From an uncultured Planctomycetota bacterium (lineage in GTDB: Bacteria > Planctomycetota > Planctomycetia > Isosphaerales > Isosphaeraceae), in NCBI GenBank assembly GCA_963737655.1, contig CAVTTN010000002.1:3392001-3456000 (forward strand): a stretch of DNA of 64,000 nt, in the 5' to 3' direction. This document shows, one piece after another, positions 9,538 to 19,140 of the stretch; position 1 is the first letter of the stretch; each line of letters begins with the position of its first letter. The position numbers were made by a program, and so were the translations under genes. Below the pieces are notes generated by a model that saw only the letters and a program-made list of their open reading frames with translations, was not told the origin of the DNA and made no database searches.

Positions 9538-11001
9538 ATGAAAAAAGTCGTGGTGATCGGTAGCGGTTTCGGCGGTCTGGCGGCGGCGATTCGCCTCCGG
9601 GCGAAGGGGTATGACGTCGTCGTCCTGGAGATGCGCGACAAGCCCGGCGGCCGGGCCTATGTCTACGAGGACCAGGGCTTCGTCTACGACGCCGGGCCCA
9701 CGATCATCACCGTCCCGTTCGTCCTCCGCGAGCTGGCCGAGCTGACCGGCCGGAGGCTTGACGATTACGTCACGATCGTCCCGTGCGACCCGTATTACCG
9801 GATCTTCTTCGACGACGGCCGGACGTTCGACTATTCGGGCGACCCGCGGAAGCTCGAGGCCGAGATCGCGAAGTTCTCGCCCGAGGACGTGCCGGGCTAT
9901 CGCCGATTCCTGGCCTACACCGCCGAGGTGTTCGACAAGGCGTTCACCGAGCTGGCCGACCACTCGTTCCACTCGGTCTGGGAGATGGTCAAGGTCGCGC
10001 CCGACCTGATCCGCCTCCGGGCCGAGCAATCGGTCTATCGCCGGGTGTCGTCGTTCATCAAGGACCCGGCGCTCCGCCAGGTCTTTTCGTTCGAACCCTT
10101 GCTGATCGGCGGCAATCCCCTGCGTTCGTCGTCGATTTACGCGATGATCCACTACCTCGAAAAAACCTGGGGCGTCCACTTCGCGATGGGAGGCACGGGG
10201 GCCCTTGTGAAGGGCCTCGTGAAGCTGTTCGAGGACATGGGCGGCCGGCTCGTCCTGAACTCGCGGGCCGAGGAGATCGAGATCGTCGATGGCCGGGTCT
10301 CGGCGGTGCGGACCGCCTCCGGCGAGCGGTTCCCGGCCGACGTGGTCGTGTCCAACGGCGACGTGGCGAATACCTATCGCAAGCTCGTCCGACCCGAGCA
10401 TCGGCGCAAGTGGACCGACCGGAAGCTCGAACGGATGAAGTACGCCATGAGCCTGTTCGTCGTCTATTTCGGCACCGACCGCACGTATCCCCACCTGCCC
10501 CATCATTCGATCGTCCTGGGTCCGAGGTATGAGGGGCTGCTCGGCGACATTTTTGACCGCAAGGTCGTGGCCGAGGATTTTTCGCTCTATCTCCACGCGC
10601 CAACGAGGACCGACCCCAGCCTCGCCCCTCCCGACTGCGAGGCGTTTTACGTGCTGAGCCCGGTCCCTCACCTCGGCGGGGGCCAGGACTGGGATGCGAT
10701 CAAGGAGGACTACGCCGACCGCATCCTCGCCTCCCTGGAGAAGGAGCATCTCGTGCCGGATTTGCGGAAGCACATGGTTTCCAGGCTCATTTTCACGCCC
10801 AAGGACTTCGAGACGCACCTGGATGCCTACCTCGGATCGGCGTTCCAGTTCGAGCCGGTCCTCACGCAGAGCGCCTGGTTCCGCCCCCACAACAAGAGCG
10901 AGGACGTCGAGGGCCTGTTCTTCGTCGGCGCGGGGACGCATCCCGGCGCCGGCCTCCCGGGCGTGATTTCCAGCGCGAAAGTGCTCGACAAGTTCCTGTA
11001 G
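9538..11001 (+). CDS. crtI: Phytoene desaturase (CrtI family)
   Basis: VIGSGFGGLAAAIRL, DAGPTIIT, GSAFQFEP.LTQSAWFRPHN, VGAGTHPGAGLPGV. Confidence 0.95.
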   Translation: MKKVVVIGSGFGGLAAAIRLRAKGYDVVVLEMRDKPGGRAYVYEDQGFVYDAGPTIITVPFVLRELAELTGRRLDDYVTIVPCDPYYRIFFDDGRTFDYSGDPRKLEAEIAKFSPEDVPGYRRFLAYTAEVFDKAFTELADHSFHSVWEMVKVAPDLIRLRAEQSVYRRVSSFIKDPALRQVFSFEPLLIGGNPLRSSSIYAMIHYLEKTWGVHFAMGGTGALVKGLVKLFEDMGGRLVLNSRAEEIEIVDGRVSAVRTASGERFPADVVVSNGDVANTYRKLVRPEHRRKWTDRKLERMKYAMSLFVVYFGTDRTYPHLPHHSIVLGPRYEGLLGDIFDRKVVAEDFSLYLHAPTRTDPSLAPPDCEAFYVLSPVPHLGGGQDWDAIKEDYADRILASLEKEHLVPDLRKHMVSRLIFTPKDFETHLDAYLGSAFQFEPVLTQSAWFRPHNKSEDVEGLFFVGAGTHPGAGLPGVISSAKVLDKFL

Positions 11002-11155
11002 GGTGCATGAAATGCACCAACCAACACGCGGCGGCCAAGGGCCGCCTCCCATCGTCCTCGGTCGTCATCCTCGAATCGAAGAGTCTTCAGGCAAACGAGA
11101 TCGGTGGGCGGCCCTTGGCCGCCTCGTGGTGGTTGGTGCATTTCATGCACCCTAC
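10998..11155. repeat. REP doublet (REPIN-like), family A (GTAGGGTGCATGAAATGCACC)
   Basis: Inverted 21-mers at 10998-11018 and 11135-11155 with extended inner arms; related copies at 13439, 18987, 56806. Confidence 0.9.
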
Positions 11156-11166
11156 GGGATGCGTTC

Positions 11167-12165
11167 ATGATTTCCTCGGTCGAGACCGGCCTGTCCCAGG
11201 GGCTTCGCACTTGCCGGGCGATCACCCGGCGTCATGCGAAGACGTTTTTCTTCGCGTCTCATGGCTTGCCGAGAGAGGTGAGGGCGCACGCCTATGCCGT
11301 GTACGGGTTCTGTCGATGGGCCGACGATGGCGTGGACCTGGCCGGGACCGCCGACGAGGCCCGAGCCCGGCTGGACGTGGCTCGCGAGGCACTCGATCGG
11401 GCGTATGGGACCGGCCCGGCGGCTCCCGGCTTGATCGCCCTCCGCCGGACCGTCCGCGATCGGGCGATCCCTCGGGTCCTCTTTGACGAACTCCTGCTCG
11501 GCATGGAGATGGACCTCTCGATCCGCCGTTATGCCGACTTCGCCGCCCTGGATCGCTACTGCTACCGGGTGGCCGGCGTGGTCGGGCTGATGATGGCCCA
11601 CGTCTTCGGGTTCCGCCACGAGCGATGCCTGCCTCGGGCCGAGGCGCTGGGCACCGCCATGCAGCTCACGAACATCCTCAGGGACGTTCGCGAGGATTTC
11701 GATCGCGGGCGGATTTACTTGCCTCTGGAGGAGATGGCCCGATTCGGCGTGACCGAACAGACGCTCGCCTCGGGCACGGCCGATCCCCCCTTCCAGGCCC
11801 TGATGGGATTCCAGATCGAGCGGGCGAGACGCTATTATGCCGAGGCCGAGGCCGGCATCCCGGACCTCCTCGGCGCCTCCAGCCGATTGACCGTCCGCCT
11901 GATGGGCCGGCTCTACGGCGGCATCCTCGACGAGATCGAACGCCTCGATCGCGACGTCTTCCGCACCCGCGCCCACGTCCCCACGTCGCGAAAACTGGCC
12001 GTGCTGGCGGCGTGCCAGGCCGAGACGTGGGGCGAGTCGTTCCTCAGGCTGCTCGGGCGCAGTCTGCCGCTCGTCTTCTCCTCCGACCGAGGGCCGTTTC
12101 GTGGTCGATCCCGATCGCTTCTTCCAGCTCCCCGGGGCCGGATCTCAGGAATGGTGGTATTTTGA
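11167..12165 (+). CDS. crtB: Phytoene/squalene synthase family protein (CrtB); 3' end uncertain
   Basis: AKTFFFAS, VYGFCRWADD, YCYRVAGVVGLMM, AMQLTNILRDVREDFDRGRIYLP. Confidence 0.9.
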   Translation: MISSVETGLSQGLRTCRAITRRHAKTFFFASHGLPREVRAHAYAVYGFCRWADDGVDLAGTADEARARLDVAREALDRAYGTGPAAPGLIALRRTVRDRAIPRVLFDELLLGMEMDLSIRRYADFAALDRYCYRVAGVVGLMMAHVFGFRHERCLPRAEALGTAMQLTNILRDVREDFDRGRIYLPLEEMARFGVTEQTLASGTADPPFQALMGFQIERARRYYAEAEAGIPDLLGASSRLTVRLMGRLYGGILDEIERLDRDVFRTRAHVPTSRKLAVLAACQAETWGESFLRLLGRSLPLVFSSDRGPFRGRSRSLLPAPRGRISGMVVF

Positions 12166-13153
12166 TGCGATCTCGGACGACGGCCGGCTGGCCGTGGTGC
12201 TCGTCTGGTATGCGGGCCTGCCGTTCGATCCCGAGTATGGCGTCGCGGCGCTGAAGCACCTCAAGGCCCCGTCCCGATGGCCCCGGCCCGATCCGCTCGA
12301 CCACTGCGCCGTGAGCGTGAGCGTCTATCGCGACGGTAAACCGGCGGCCTATGCCCTGAATGCCTTCCGCGCGGCCGATTTCTCGACCGAGGCCGAGCCG
12401 TTCGCCGTGACGGTCGCCGGGAACCGGCTTCGGCGCGACGATCGGGGCTATGCTTTGGAGGTCAGGACCCCGGCCGTCGACGGCCGGACGCCGATCGTCG
12501 CGTTTTTCCGGTTCGATCCGACGTCGGGATCGGTCCCGTTCGAGCGGGATCTCGGCCGACCGGGCTCGCCCCATCACTGGATCCTCGCCGCCGCCGATTG
12601 CCGGGTCGAAGGTCTCGTCAAGATCGGCGAAACGACCCTGGAATTCCGGGGCCGCGGGTATCACGACCACAACGCGGGGGACGAGGAGATCTCCCGGGCG
12701 ATCCGCCGATGGGAATGGGGCCGGTTCCATCACGGCCCGCTCGCCGAGGTCTTCTATCTGGCCGAGCCGCACCTGGGCCCATCGCAGTCGCTGTGGATCA
12801 CCTGTCGGGACGGCCGACCGGAGACGGTCCGCGAAGGGGTCGAGGCGACCGGCGAGGCGCCTTCGCGGAACGTCTTCGGCGTGAAGTCGAGCCATCGTCT
12901 GCTCGTCTCGTCGGAAGGAGCGTCGCTCGCGAGGGAAAACGCGCGCTGCGTCGATGACGGGCCGTTCTATCGCCGATGGCTCGCTCGGTTCGAGGTCGGC
13001 CGCGAGTCGGGCGAGGGGATCTCGGAGCTGCTGGACACGCGGCACCTGAATCGAGCGATGTTCAACTGGATGATCCCTTACCGACTCAAGAGGCCGAGGT
13101 CCGACCGGGATTCGGTGTCGCGTGACCAGCCGAATTCACGAGAGGAAGGGTGA
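12101..13153 (+). CDS. crtC: Carotenoid 1,2-hydratase (CrtC-like)
   Basis: EWWYFDAISDDG, HHWILAA, GRGYHDHNAG, WEWGRFH, DDGPFYRR; crt context. Confidence 0.78.
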   Translation: MVDPDRFFQLPGAGSQEWWYFDAISDDGRLAVVLVWYAGLPFDPEYGVAALKHLKAPSRWPRPDPLDHCAVSVSVYRDGKPAAYALNAFRAADFSTEAEPFAVTVAGNRLRRDDRGYALEVRTPAVDGRTPIVAFFRFDPTSGSVPFERDLGRPGSPHHWILAAADCRVEGLVKIGETTLEFRGRGYHDHNAGDEEISRAIRRWEWGRFHHGPLAEVFYLAEPHLGPSQSLWITCRDGRPETVREGVEATGEAPSRNVFGVKSSHRLLVSSEGASLARENARCVDDGPFYRRWLARFEVGRESGEGISELLDTRHLNRAMFNWMIPYRLKRPRSDRDSVSRDQPNSREEG

Positions 13154-13207
13154 GGGGCAAGGGACGCCCCGTCGGAGGATTCGACGACCACCAGGGAGGG
13201 ACGTACC

Positions 13208-13405
13208 ATGCTGGTCCTGAGCCGCAAGCGCGAAGATGCCATCCTGATCGGGGCCGACGTGAGGATCACGATCCTCAAGATCGACTGCAACCAGGTCCGA
13301 CTGGGGATCGAGGCCCCGAGCTCCACCGGGATCGTCCGCGAGGAGCTCCTGTTCGACGTCGAGCACCGAGCCGCCCGATCCGCCTGGCTTGCCTCGGACG
13401 TCTGA
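13208..13405 (+). CDS. csrA: Carbon storage regulator CsrA
   Basis: MLVLSRK..AILIG..VRITIL....QVRLGIEAP....IVREEL. Confidence 0.92.
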   Translation: MLVLSRKREDAILIGADVRITILKIDCNQVRLGIEAPSSTGIVREELLFDVEHRAARSAWLASDV

Positions 13406-13438
13406 GAGACCCGGCGCACATTCCCTGCGCACTCATCC

Positions 13439-13513
13439 GTAGGGTGCATGAGATGCACCATCTTCGCATCACCCGTGAATCGGGGCGAAGATCGTGCATT
13501 TCATGCACCCTAC
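13439..13513. repeat. REP doublet, family A
   Basis: GTAGGGTGCATGAGATGCACC ... GTGCATTTCATGCACCCTAC between convergent genes. Confidence 0.88.
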
Positions 13514-13518
13514 GATCG

Positions 13519-13857
13519 TCAGGCCGAGGGGATGCGGGGCGGCTTCTCGCGGGTGCCCTTCCAGTCGGCCAGGAGCGTCTTGAGCTCCTCGACGGTCACT
13601 CCGCCGTGGTCCTCGCCGGAATTCCAGCGGTCCATGATCCCCTTGAGGCGTTCGCGGAGGACGCCCTTGGGCAGGAATCGGCCCTGGAACTTCTTCAGGA
13701 CCTTCAGCCGGGGGTCGGCCGGGGGCCGGGGCGCGGCCGGAGGAGGCGGCGTCGCCGCGGCGACGGGGGCCGGAGCGGCCTCGGCGGGGGCCGCCTTCTT
13801 CTCCTTCTTCGGCTTCGATTCTTTCTGTTCCGTCTTCTTGGCTTCGGCGGCGGACAT
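13519..13857 (-). CDS. Hypothetical protein (K/A/P-rich N-terminus)
   Basis: GAGAGG RBS, GC3-rich codons, globular C-terminal half. Confidence 0.7.
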   Translation of the reverse strand: MSAAEAKKTEQKESKPKKEKKAAPAEAAPAPVAAATPPPPAAPRPPADPRLKVLKKFQGRFLPKGVLRERLKGIMDRWNSGEDHGGVTVEELKTLLADWKGTREKPPRIPSA

Positions 13858-14066
13858 CGCGGACCTCTCTGTCTGGCCGATCCGATTCCGACGGTCGGCG
13901 CAACGCGGCGGGCGAGGACTCGGCGGCCCGGAAAGGATGATCTCCCGGCGCGCAAGGCAATACCTTACTCCATCGACGCCCCGGCGATCAATCCAGGTTG
14001 GCTGAAGACGGGGAAATGGTGGGAGTGGGAAATTGGTGTCAGATCTGCGCTGTAGAAATCCCCGGT

Positions 14067-14272
14067 AATGGAGAGGAATCGAGTTGGTCCGACTTCAGTC
14101 GGGCCTACAAAAAGGTCGGCTCATGAGTCCGATTGGTGGTGACGTCGGATTTCCCTCGTTCCCACGCTCGGCGTGGGATGGAGTTGTTGAGCAAGCACCA
14201 ATCCGGAATCATGAGCCAAAAGGTCTTGTTTTTTAGGCCCGACTGAAGTCGGACCTACTCGTTTCCTCATTC
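14067..14272. repeat. Nested palindromic element, family D (GTAGGTCCGACTTCAGTCGGG), enclosing a TCGTTCCCACGCTCGGCGTGGG unit
   Basis: ~40-nt terminal inverted arms, inner arms GGCTCATGA..GATTGGTG / CACCAATC..TCATGAGCC; second copy at 35706. Confidence 0.8.
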
Positions 14273-14352
14273 TCAATGGGTTTTTCTGCAAAGCCGATCT
14301 GACACAGACCTCCCCCGCCCAGCATTTCCCGATTTCTCCGTCTTCAGCCGGC

Positions 14353-15483
14353 TCAGGAGACCCCGTCGGCCGGGACCTTCGTCCCGTGGTAGCGGAAGAG
14401 CTTGGGCTCGGGGAGGCCGGCGATCGGCGGGGCGGTCGGTTCGGGGAGGTGGAGCGGGCCGGTCGGGCCTTGCGGGTCGCCTTCCCACGCGTGGGATCGA
14501 AGGCTCTGGAGCACCCGATGGGCCACGCGGATGGCCCTCAGGGCGTCGTCGCCGGTCACCCGGGGCCGGGTCCCGGTCTTGACGGCCCGGATGAAGTCTT
14601 CGAGCTCCAGGGCCAGCGGCTCCCGGCCTTCGTTCTGCGCCCGATCCACCCGCAAGACCTTGCCGAAGAGGTGGTCGCGGACCTCCGCCGGTTTCGACAG
14701 GTCCACGCCGGAGACGTCCACCTCGCCTCGTCTCAACCGTTCGGAGGGCCGGATGATCGTGCTGGATTTGGCCGCGAAGTCGATCGCCAGATACCCCTCC
14801 GCCGCCCAGATCCGCATTTTTCGGGACGCCGAGACGCTCGCCCGGCTCGCCGTGAGGTCGGCGATCGCGCCATCGGCGAACTTGATCCGGGCGTTGGCGA
14901 CGTCCTCGTGACGGCCGAAGACCGACACGCCGACGGCCTCCACCGAGGTGACCTCCGACGGGTTCAGGCTCAGGACCAGGTCGATGTCGTGGATCATGAG
15001 GTCCAGGACCACGCCGATATCCGTCGAGCGGAAGGTGTAGGTGCCGAGCCTCTCGGCGGAGAGGAACTTGGGGCGGAGCCTCAGCCCCTCGAAGGCCGCC
15101 ATCGCCGGGTTGAACCGCTCGATGTGGCCGACCTGGAGCAAGGCGCCGCGGGCATGGGCCAGGTCCACCAGCGCCTGGGCGTCCTCCGGCGAGCCGGCCA
15201 GGGGCTTCTCCACCATCGTGGGGATGCCGCGGTCGAGGAACGCGGAGGCGACCTCGCGATGGAGGAACGTGGGCACGGCCACGGAGACCGCATCGACCCG
15301 GTCGACCAGCTCCCGATAGTCGTCCACGGCCTCGGCGCCGAGGGGCCCGGCGACGGCCCTCGCCTGCTCGATCCGCGAGTCGGCCACCGCGACGAGCTCG
15401 ACGCCCTCGATCCCCGAGAGCACCCGGGCGTGATGCCGGCCCAGGTGCCCGACGCCGACCACCGCGACTTTCAGACGGCTCAT
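14353..15483 (-). CDS. Gfo/Idh/MocA oxidoreductase, GnnA-like
   Basis: VVGVGHLGRHHAR, VEKPLA, QVGHIERFNPA, DLMIHDID; directly downstream of lpxA. Confidence 0.85.
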   Translation of the reverse strand: MSRLKVAVVGVGHLGRHHARVLSGIEGVELVAVADSRIEQARAVAGPLGAEAVDDYRELVDRVDAVSVAVPTFLHREVASAFLDRGIPTMVEKPLAGSPEDAQALVDLAHARGALLQVGHIERFNPAMAAFEGLRLRPKFLSAERLGTYTFRSTDIGVVLDLMIHDIDLVLSLNPSEVTSVEAVGVSVFGRHEDVANARIKFADGAIADLTASRASVSASRKMRIWAAEGYLAIDFAAKSSTIIRPSERLRRGEVDVSGVDLSKPAEVRDHLFGKVLRVDRAQNEGREPLALELEDFIRAVKTGTRPRVTGDDALRAIRVAHRVLQSLRSHAWEGDPQGPTGPLHLPEPTAPPIAGLPEPKLFRYHGTKVPADGVS

Positions 15484-15502
15484 CGCGAGACTCCCCGGCG
15501 GT

Positions 15503-16336
15503 TCATTCTTCGTCCGTGCTCATCGGCCGGCTGCCCCGGCGGAACTTCTCGCGGGCCCGGCCGTGCTTGCCTTCGTGCTGGGCCTGGATGTAGGCGAGGA
15601 GGCGATCGACCTCCGGCGCCATGTGCCCGTGCGATTCGAGGATCTCCGTCGCGTGCCGGACGCTCATCTTCGCCCGGTAGATCAGGCGATGGGCCTCGTG
15701 GAGCGCGTCGATCCCCTCCGAGGTGATCCCGTTGCGCTTCAGGCCGACGACGTTGATGCACCGGACCTTCGACGGGTTGCCATCGACGAGCATGAACGGG
15801 GGCACGTCATGATAGATCCGCGACTGGCCGCCGACGAAGCTGTAGCCGCCGATCGTGACGTAATGGTGGACGGCCACCCCTCCGGAGAGGCTGGCGTGGT
15901 CCTCGACGTGGACGTGGCCGCCGAGCATCGTGCCGTTGGCGATCGTCACGCGGTCGCCGACCTTGCAGTCGTGGGCGACGTGCGAGGTGGCCATCAGGAA
16001 GTTGTGCGAGCCCAGGCGGGTCACGCCGTCTTCCTTTTCCGTGGCCCGGTGGATCGTCACGCCTTCCCGCAGGATGTTGTGATCGCCGATCTCGACCCGC
16101 GTCGGCGTGCCCTGGTACGACACGTCCTGGGGGTCGCCGCCGATCACGACGAACGGGCTGATCGTGTTGCCCTCGCCGATCGAGGTCACGCCGAGCACGC
16201 AGACATGAGCGATCAATCGGGTGCCTCGTCCGATGCGGACGTCCGGCCCGATCACGCAATACGGCCCGACCTCCACGTCGTCGGCGAGCTCGGCCCGGGG
16301 GTCGATGCTGGCCGTCTCGGCAATGGATGTCGCCAT
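15503..16336 (-). CDS. lpxA: Acyl-ACP--UDP-GlcNAc acyltransferase
   Basis: Hexapeptide repeats, GGDPQD, EGVTIHRAT, SHVAHDC, DVPPF, NVVGLKR. Confidence 0.96.
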   Translation of the reverse strand: MATSIAETASIDPRAELADDVEVGPYCVIGPDVRIGRGTRLIAHVCVLGVTSIGEGNTISPFVVIGGDPQDVSYQGTPTRVEIGDHNILREGVTIHRATEKEDGVTRLGSHNFLMATSHVAHDCKVGDRVTIANGTMLGGHVHVEDHASLSGGVAVHHYVTIGGYSFVGGQSRIYHDVPPFMLVDGNPSKVRCINVVGLKRNGITSEGIDALHEAHRLIYRAKMSVRHATEILESHGHMAPEVDRLLAYIQAQHEGKHGRAREKFRRGSRPMSTDEE

Positions 16337-16395
16337 TCGGGGGATCTCCTCATTCCTTGAGGACCGGGAAGGACGCCATCCTTGGCGCCGGGTTG

Positions 16396-16537
16396 GTTCG
16401 GTGGGCGAGACCCACCGTTGTGGAGGGCGGGCGTAACCCGCCGAGCACGCGACATTGAAGGATGGGCGGCCCGGGGGCCGCCGCACGGTCGGCGGGTTTC
16501 AACCGCCCTGCACGACGGTGGGCCGCGCCCACCCTAG
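16396..16537. repeat. REP doublet, family E ((G/C)TAGGGTGGGC..CCCACC)
   Basis: GGTGGGCGAGACCCACC and GGTGGGCCGCGCCCACCCTAG arms with inner inverted repeat CCGTTGTGGAGGGCGG / CCGCCCTGCACGACGG. Confidence 0.7.
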
Positions 16538-17865
16538 GTATTCGATTCCACCAGCACGAACCGGATTCGCGCCTCGGCCGCGAGGACCTCGCCGACCTTC
16601 GCCGTCCCCTGGATCTCGCAGGTCCGGGACTTCATCCGGATCGCCTCGACGTCCAGGACGAGCTGGTCTCCCGGGACGACCGGGCGGCGGAGCTTCACGT
16701 CGTCGATCGAGGCGATCAGGGCGTTGTGACGGCTCGGGTCGATGTGCTGGCCGATCAGGACACCGCCGGCCTGCGCCAGGGCCTCCACGATCAGGACGCC
16801 CGGCATGATCGGCCGTCCCGGCCAGTGGCCCTGGAAGAACGGCTCGTTGCACGTGACGTTCTTCAGGGCGCGGACCCGGTCGGGGCCGAGCCCGAGGACG
16901 CGATCGACGAGCAGGAACGGATAGCGATGGGGCAGGATCTTCATGATCGCCCCGACGTCGAGAGTGGTCGGCGGGGGGGCCGGCGGCTCGCCGCCCTTCT
17001 CGCGAGGCCGGACCGCCTCGGCCAGGAGCCGGCGGACCAGGGCCGCGTTCAGCGAGTGCCCGGAGCGATGGGCCACCACGTGCCCGGCCAGGTCGCACCC
17101 GGCCAGGGCCAGGTCGCCCACCATGTCCAGAATCTTGTGGCGGACGCATTCGTCCGGGAACCGCAGAGGGTTGCCGATCGGCCCGTCGGGCCCGAATACG
17201 AGCAAGTCGGACTCGGTGATCCGGTTGCCCAGGCCGCTCCGCCGCAGCCCCTCGGCCTCCTCGGCGAGGATGAACGTCCGGCTCGTCGCGAGCTCGTCGC
17301 GGAAGCTTTCGGGGGTGACCGGCAGGAAGAAGCTCTGCCGGCCGATCGCGGTATTCGGGCCGTAATCGAGCTGGTAGCCGAGGACCAGGTCCTCGGACCG
17401 GCCCGGATGGGCGGTGATCGTCGCCCCGTGGTCGTGGACGGTGATCGGCTCGTCGATGATCAGGCGGGTGCGGAGGCGGTCCTGGGGGATGGTCCCGGCC
17501 TCGCCGAGCGCCTCGACGAACGCCCGGCTGGAGCCGTCGCACCCGGGCGTCTCGCCCGAATCGACGTCCACCAGGCAGTTATCCACCCGGAGGCCGGCGA
17601 GGGCGGCGAGGACGTGCTCGACCATCTCGATGGTCGCCTCGCCCTTCTGGAGGGCCGTCCGCCGTTGGCGAGGGACGACCTGCTCGATCCTCGCGGGGAT
17701 CGTCGGGCGGCCGGCCAGGTCGGTCCGGCGGAAGACGACGCCGGAGCCGGGCTCGGCGGGCTGGAACCGGACCGTGACATCGGCTCCGGTGAGGAAGCCG
17801 ACACCCCGGACGGTCGCCTCTCTCGCGATCGTCCGCTCCGGGCGGGACGCGGTGGCCGTGCTCAT
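16534..17865 (-). CDS. lpxC-fabZ: Bifunctional LpxC (UDP-3-O-acyl-GlcNAc deacetylase)-FabZ (hydroxyacyl-ACP dehydratase) fusion
   Basis: [23 protein letters not shown] (LpxC); [26 protein letters not shown] (FabZ). Confidence 0.95.
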   Translation of the reverse strand: MSTATASRPERTIAREATVRGVGFLTGADVTVRFQPAEPGSGVVFRRTDLAGRPTIPARIEQVVPRQRRTALQKGEATIEMVEHVLAALAGLRVDNCLVDVDSGETPGCDGSSRAFVEALGEAGTIPQDRLRTRLIIDEPITVHDHGATITAHPGRSEDLVLGYQLDYGPNTAIGRQSFFLPVTPESFRDELATSRTFILAEEAEGLRRSGLGNRITESDLLVFGPDGPIGNPLRFPDECVRHKILDMVGDLALAGCDLAGHVVAHRSGHSLNAALVRRLLAEAVRPREKGGEPPAPPPTTLDVGAIMKILPHRYPFLLVDRVLGLGPDRVRALKNVTCNEPFFQGHWPGRPIMPGVLIVEALAQAGGVLIGQHIDPSRHNALIASIDDVKLRRPVVPGDQLVLDVEAIRMKSRTCEIQGTAKVGEVLAAEARIRFVLVESNT

Positions 17866-17966
17866 TCCTGTTCCGTTGGGTTTGAGCCGCGGATGGGAGA
17901 GAAGGGACGGGGCGCCGCCCGCCGGGGGATTCGGGACGGCGCCGTTCGCAAATCAAATTCAGGCGA

Positions 17967-18770
17967 TCACTTGTTCACGCGACCCGAATTGCCGGCCGGG
18001 GCCGGGCGGGCGGCGGACTTCGCGGCGGGTCGGGCGGCCGGGGCGTCGGCGGCGGGGTCTTCGACGGCCGGGTTGACCTCGGCCGCCCCGGCCGGGGCCT
18101 TCACGACCTGGCCGCCGGCCTTCTGGTATTCCAGGTTCATGTTGTACAGGACGGTCTTGGTGATGTCGGTCTTCGGGTCGGCGTAGAGCACCTGGCGGCC
18201 CATCGCGGCGATCACGCCGTCGGGGTCCTGGGTGTTGATCGGCGCGTTGGTGACCTGCAAGACGTGGGTGATCCCCTTGCTGTAGGCGACCCGGGCGATC
18301 ATCTCCTGGGCTTCCTTCTGGAAGATGGCGATGATCTCGGCCTGCTTGAGCTGGGTCTCGCGCTCGGCGGTCTGCTTCTCGGCCTCGAGCTTCACGCGGA
18401 GCTGGGTGAGCTTGGCGTCGCGGTCCTTGAAGTCCTTGGTGCCGGGCTGGTAGTTCTCCATCTCCTTGCCGATCTGCTTGCCCTCGGCGGCGATGCCCTT
18501 GAGCTGCCCTTCCTTGGCGAGGACCTCGGTCTTGAGCCCCTCGGTCAGGAACTTGGCTTTCTCGTAGCCCTGGAAGACGGTCATCATGTCGATGGTGCCG
18601 ATGACCGAGGGGGTCGGCGCCGCGGCGGCGCGGGTCGGGGCGGCCGAGGCGCCGGCCTTGCGGACCTCGCCGTCTCCCTGGCCGTGAGAGGTGCTCACGC
18701 CGACCGCCACCACCAGGGACGCCACGCCCAGGGCCCCGACCGCCAGGCCCGCGCGAGTGCTCATCGCCAT
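17967..18770 (-). CDS. skp: OmpH/Skp periplasmic chaperone
   Basis: Signal peptide, IGTIDM..VF..Y, long coiled coil, VLYADPKTDITKTV; upstream of lpx genes. Confidence 0.85.
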   Translation of the reverse strand: MAMSTRAGLAVGALGVASLVVAVGVSTSHGQGDGEVRKAGASAAPTRAAAAPTPSVIGTIDMMTVFQGYEKAKFLTEGLKTEVLAKEGQLKGIAAEGKQIGKEMENYQPGTKDFKDRDAKLTQLRVKLEAEKQTAERETQLKQAEIIAIFQKEAQEMIARVAYSKGITHVLQVTNAPINTQDPDGVIAAMGRQVLYADPKTDITKTVLYNMNLEYQKAGGQVVKAPAGAAEVNPAVEDPAADAPAARPAAKSAARPAPAGNSGRVNK

Positions 18771-18986
18771 GTCTCCAGACTCCTTTCCAGACCGGCCGAC
18801 CCGGGCCTTTGGGGCCGCGAAGGTCGGGCGGCGGACTCCCACGAAGCCCGGCGCGTTTTCTCGACGCGAGGGCGATCCACTCCACCGATCCGTCGGCGAG
18901 TCGAGACCCGTCCCAAAGGACGGTTCCCACCGGGCGGACATTCTGCCGACCCGGCCCCAAAGGGTCAAGTCGAACCGGAGATCGCC

Positions 18987-19140
18987 GTGGGGTGCATGAA
19001 ATGCACCGTCCCGTAGGGTGCATGAAATGCACCAACCACGCGGCGGCCGTCGGCCGCCTTCCACTTGCTCTGAGAAGGGGATGTGAACAAGGAAGGCGGC
19101 CGTGGGCCGCCGCGTGGTTGGTGCATTTCATGCACCCTAC
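18987..19140. repeat. REP cluster, family A (two tandem left units plus one inverted unit)
   Basis: Units at 18987, 19013 and inverted 19120-19140. Confidence 0.9.

Noticed and set aside
11007..11166. Recurrent peptides MKCTNH.. / WCISCTL / VHFMHPT at ORF starts (also 13448, 17959, 56791)
   Set aside because: Translations of REP family A, not a protein family; they falsely extend crtB and skp
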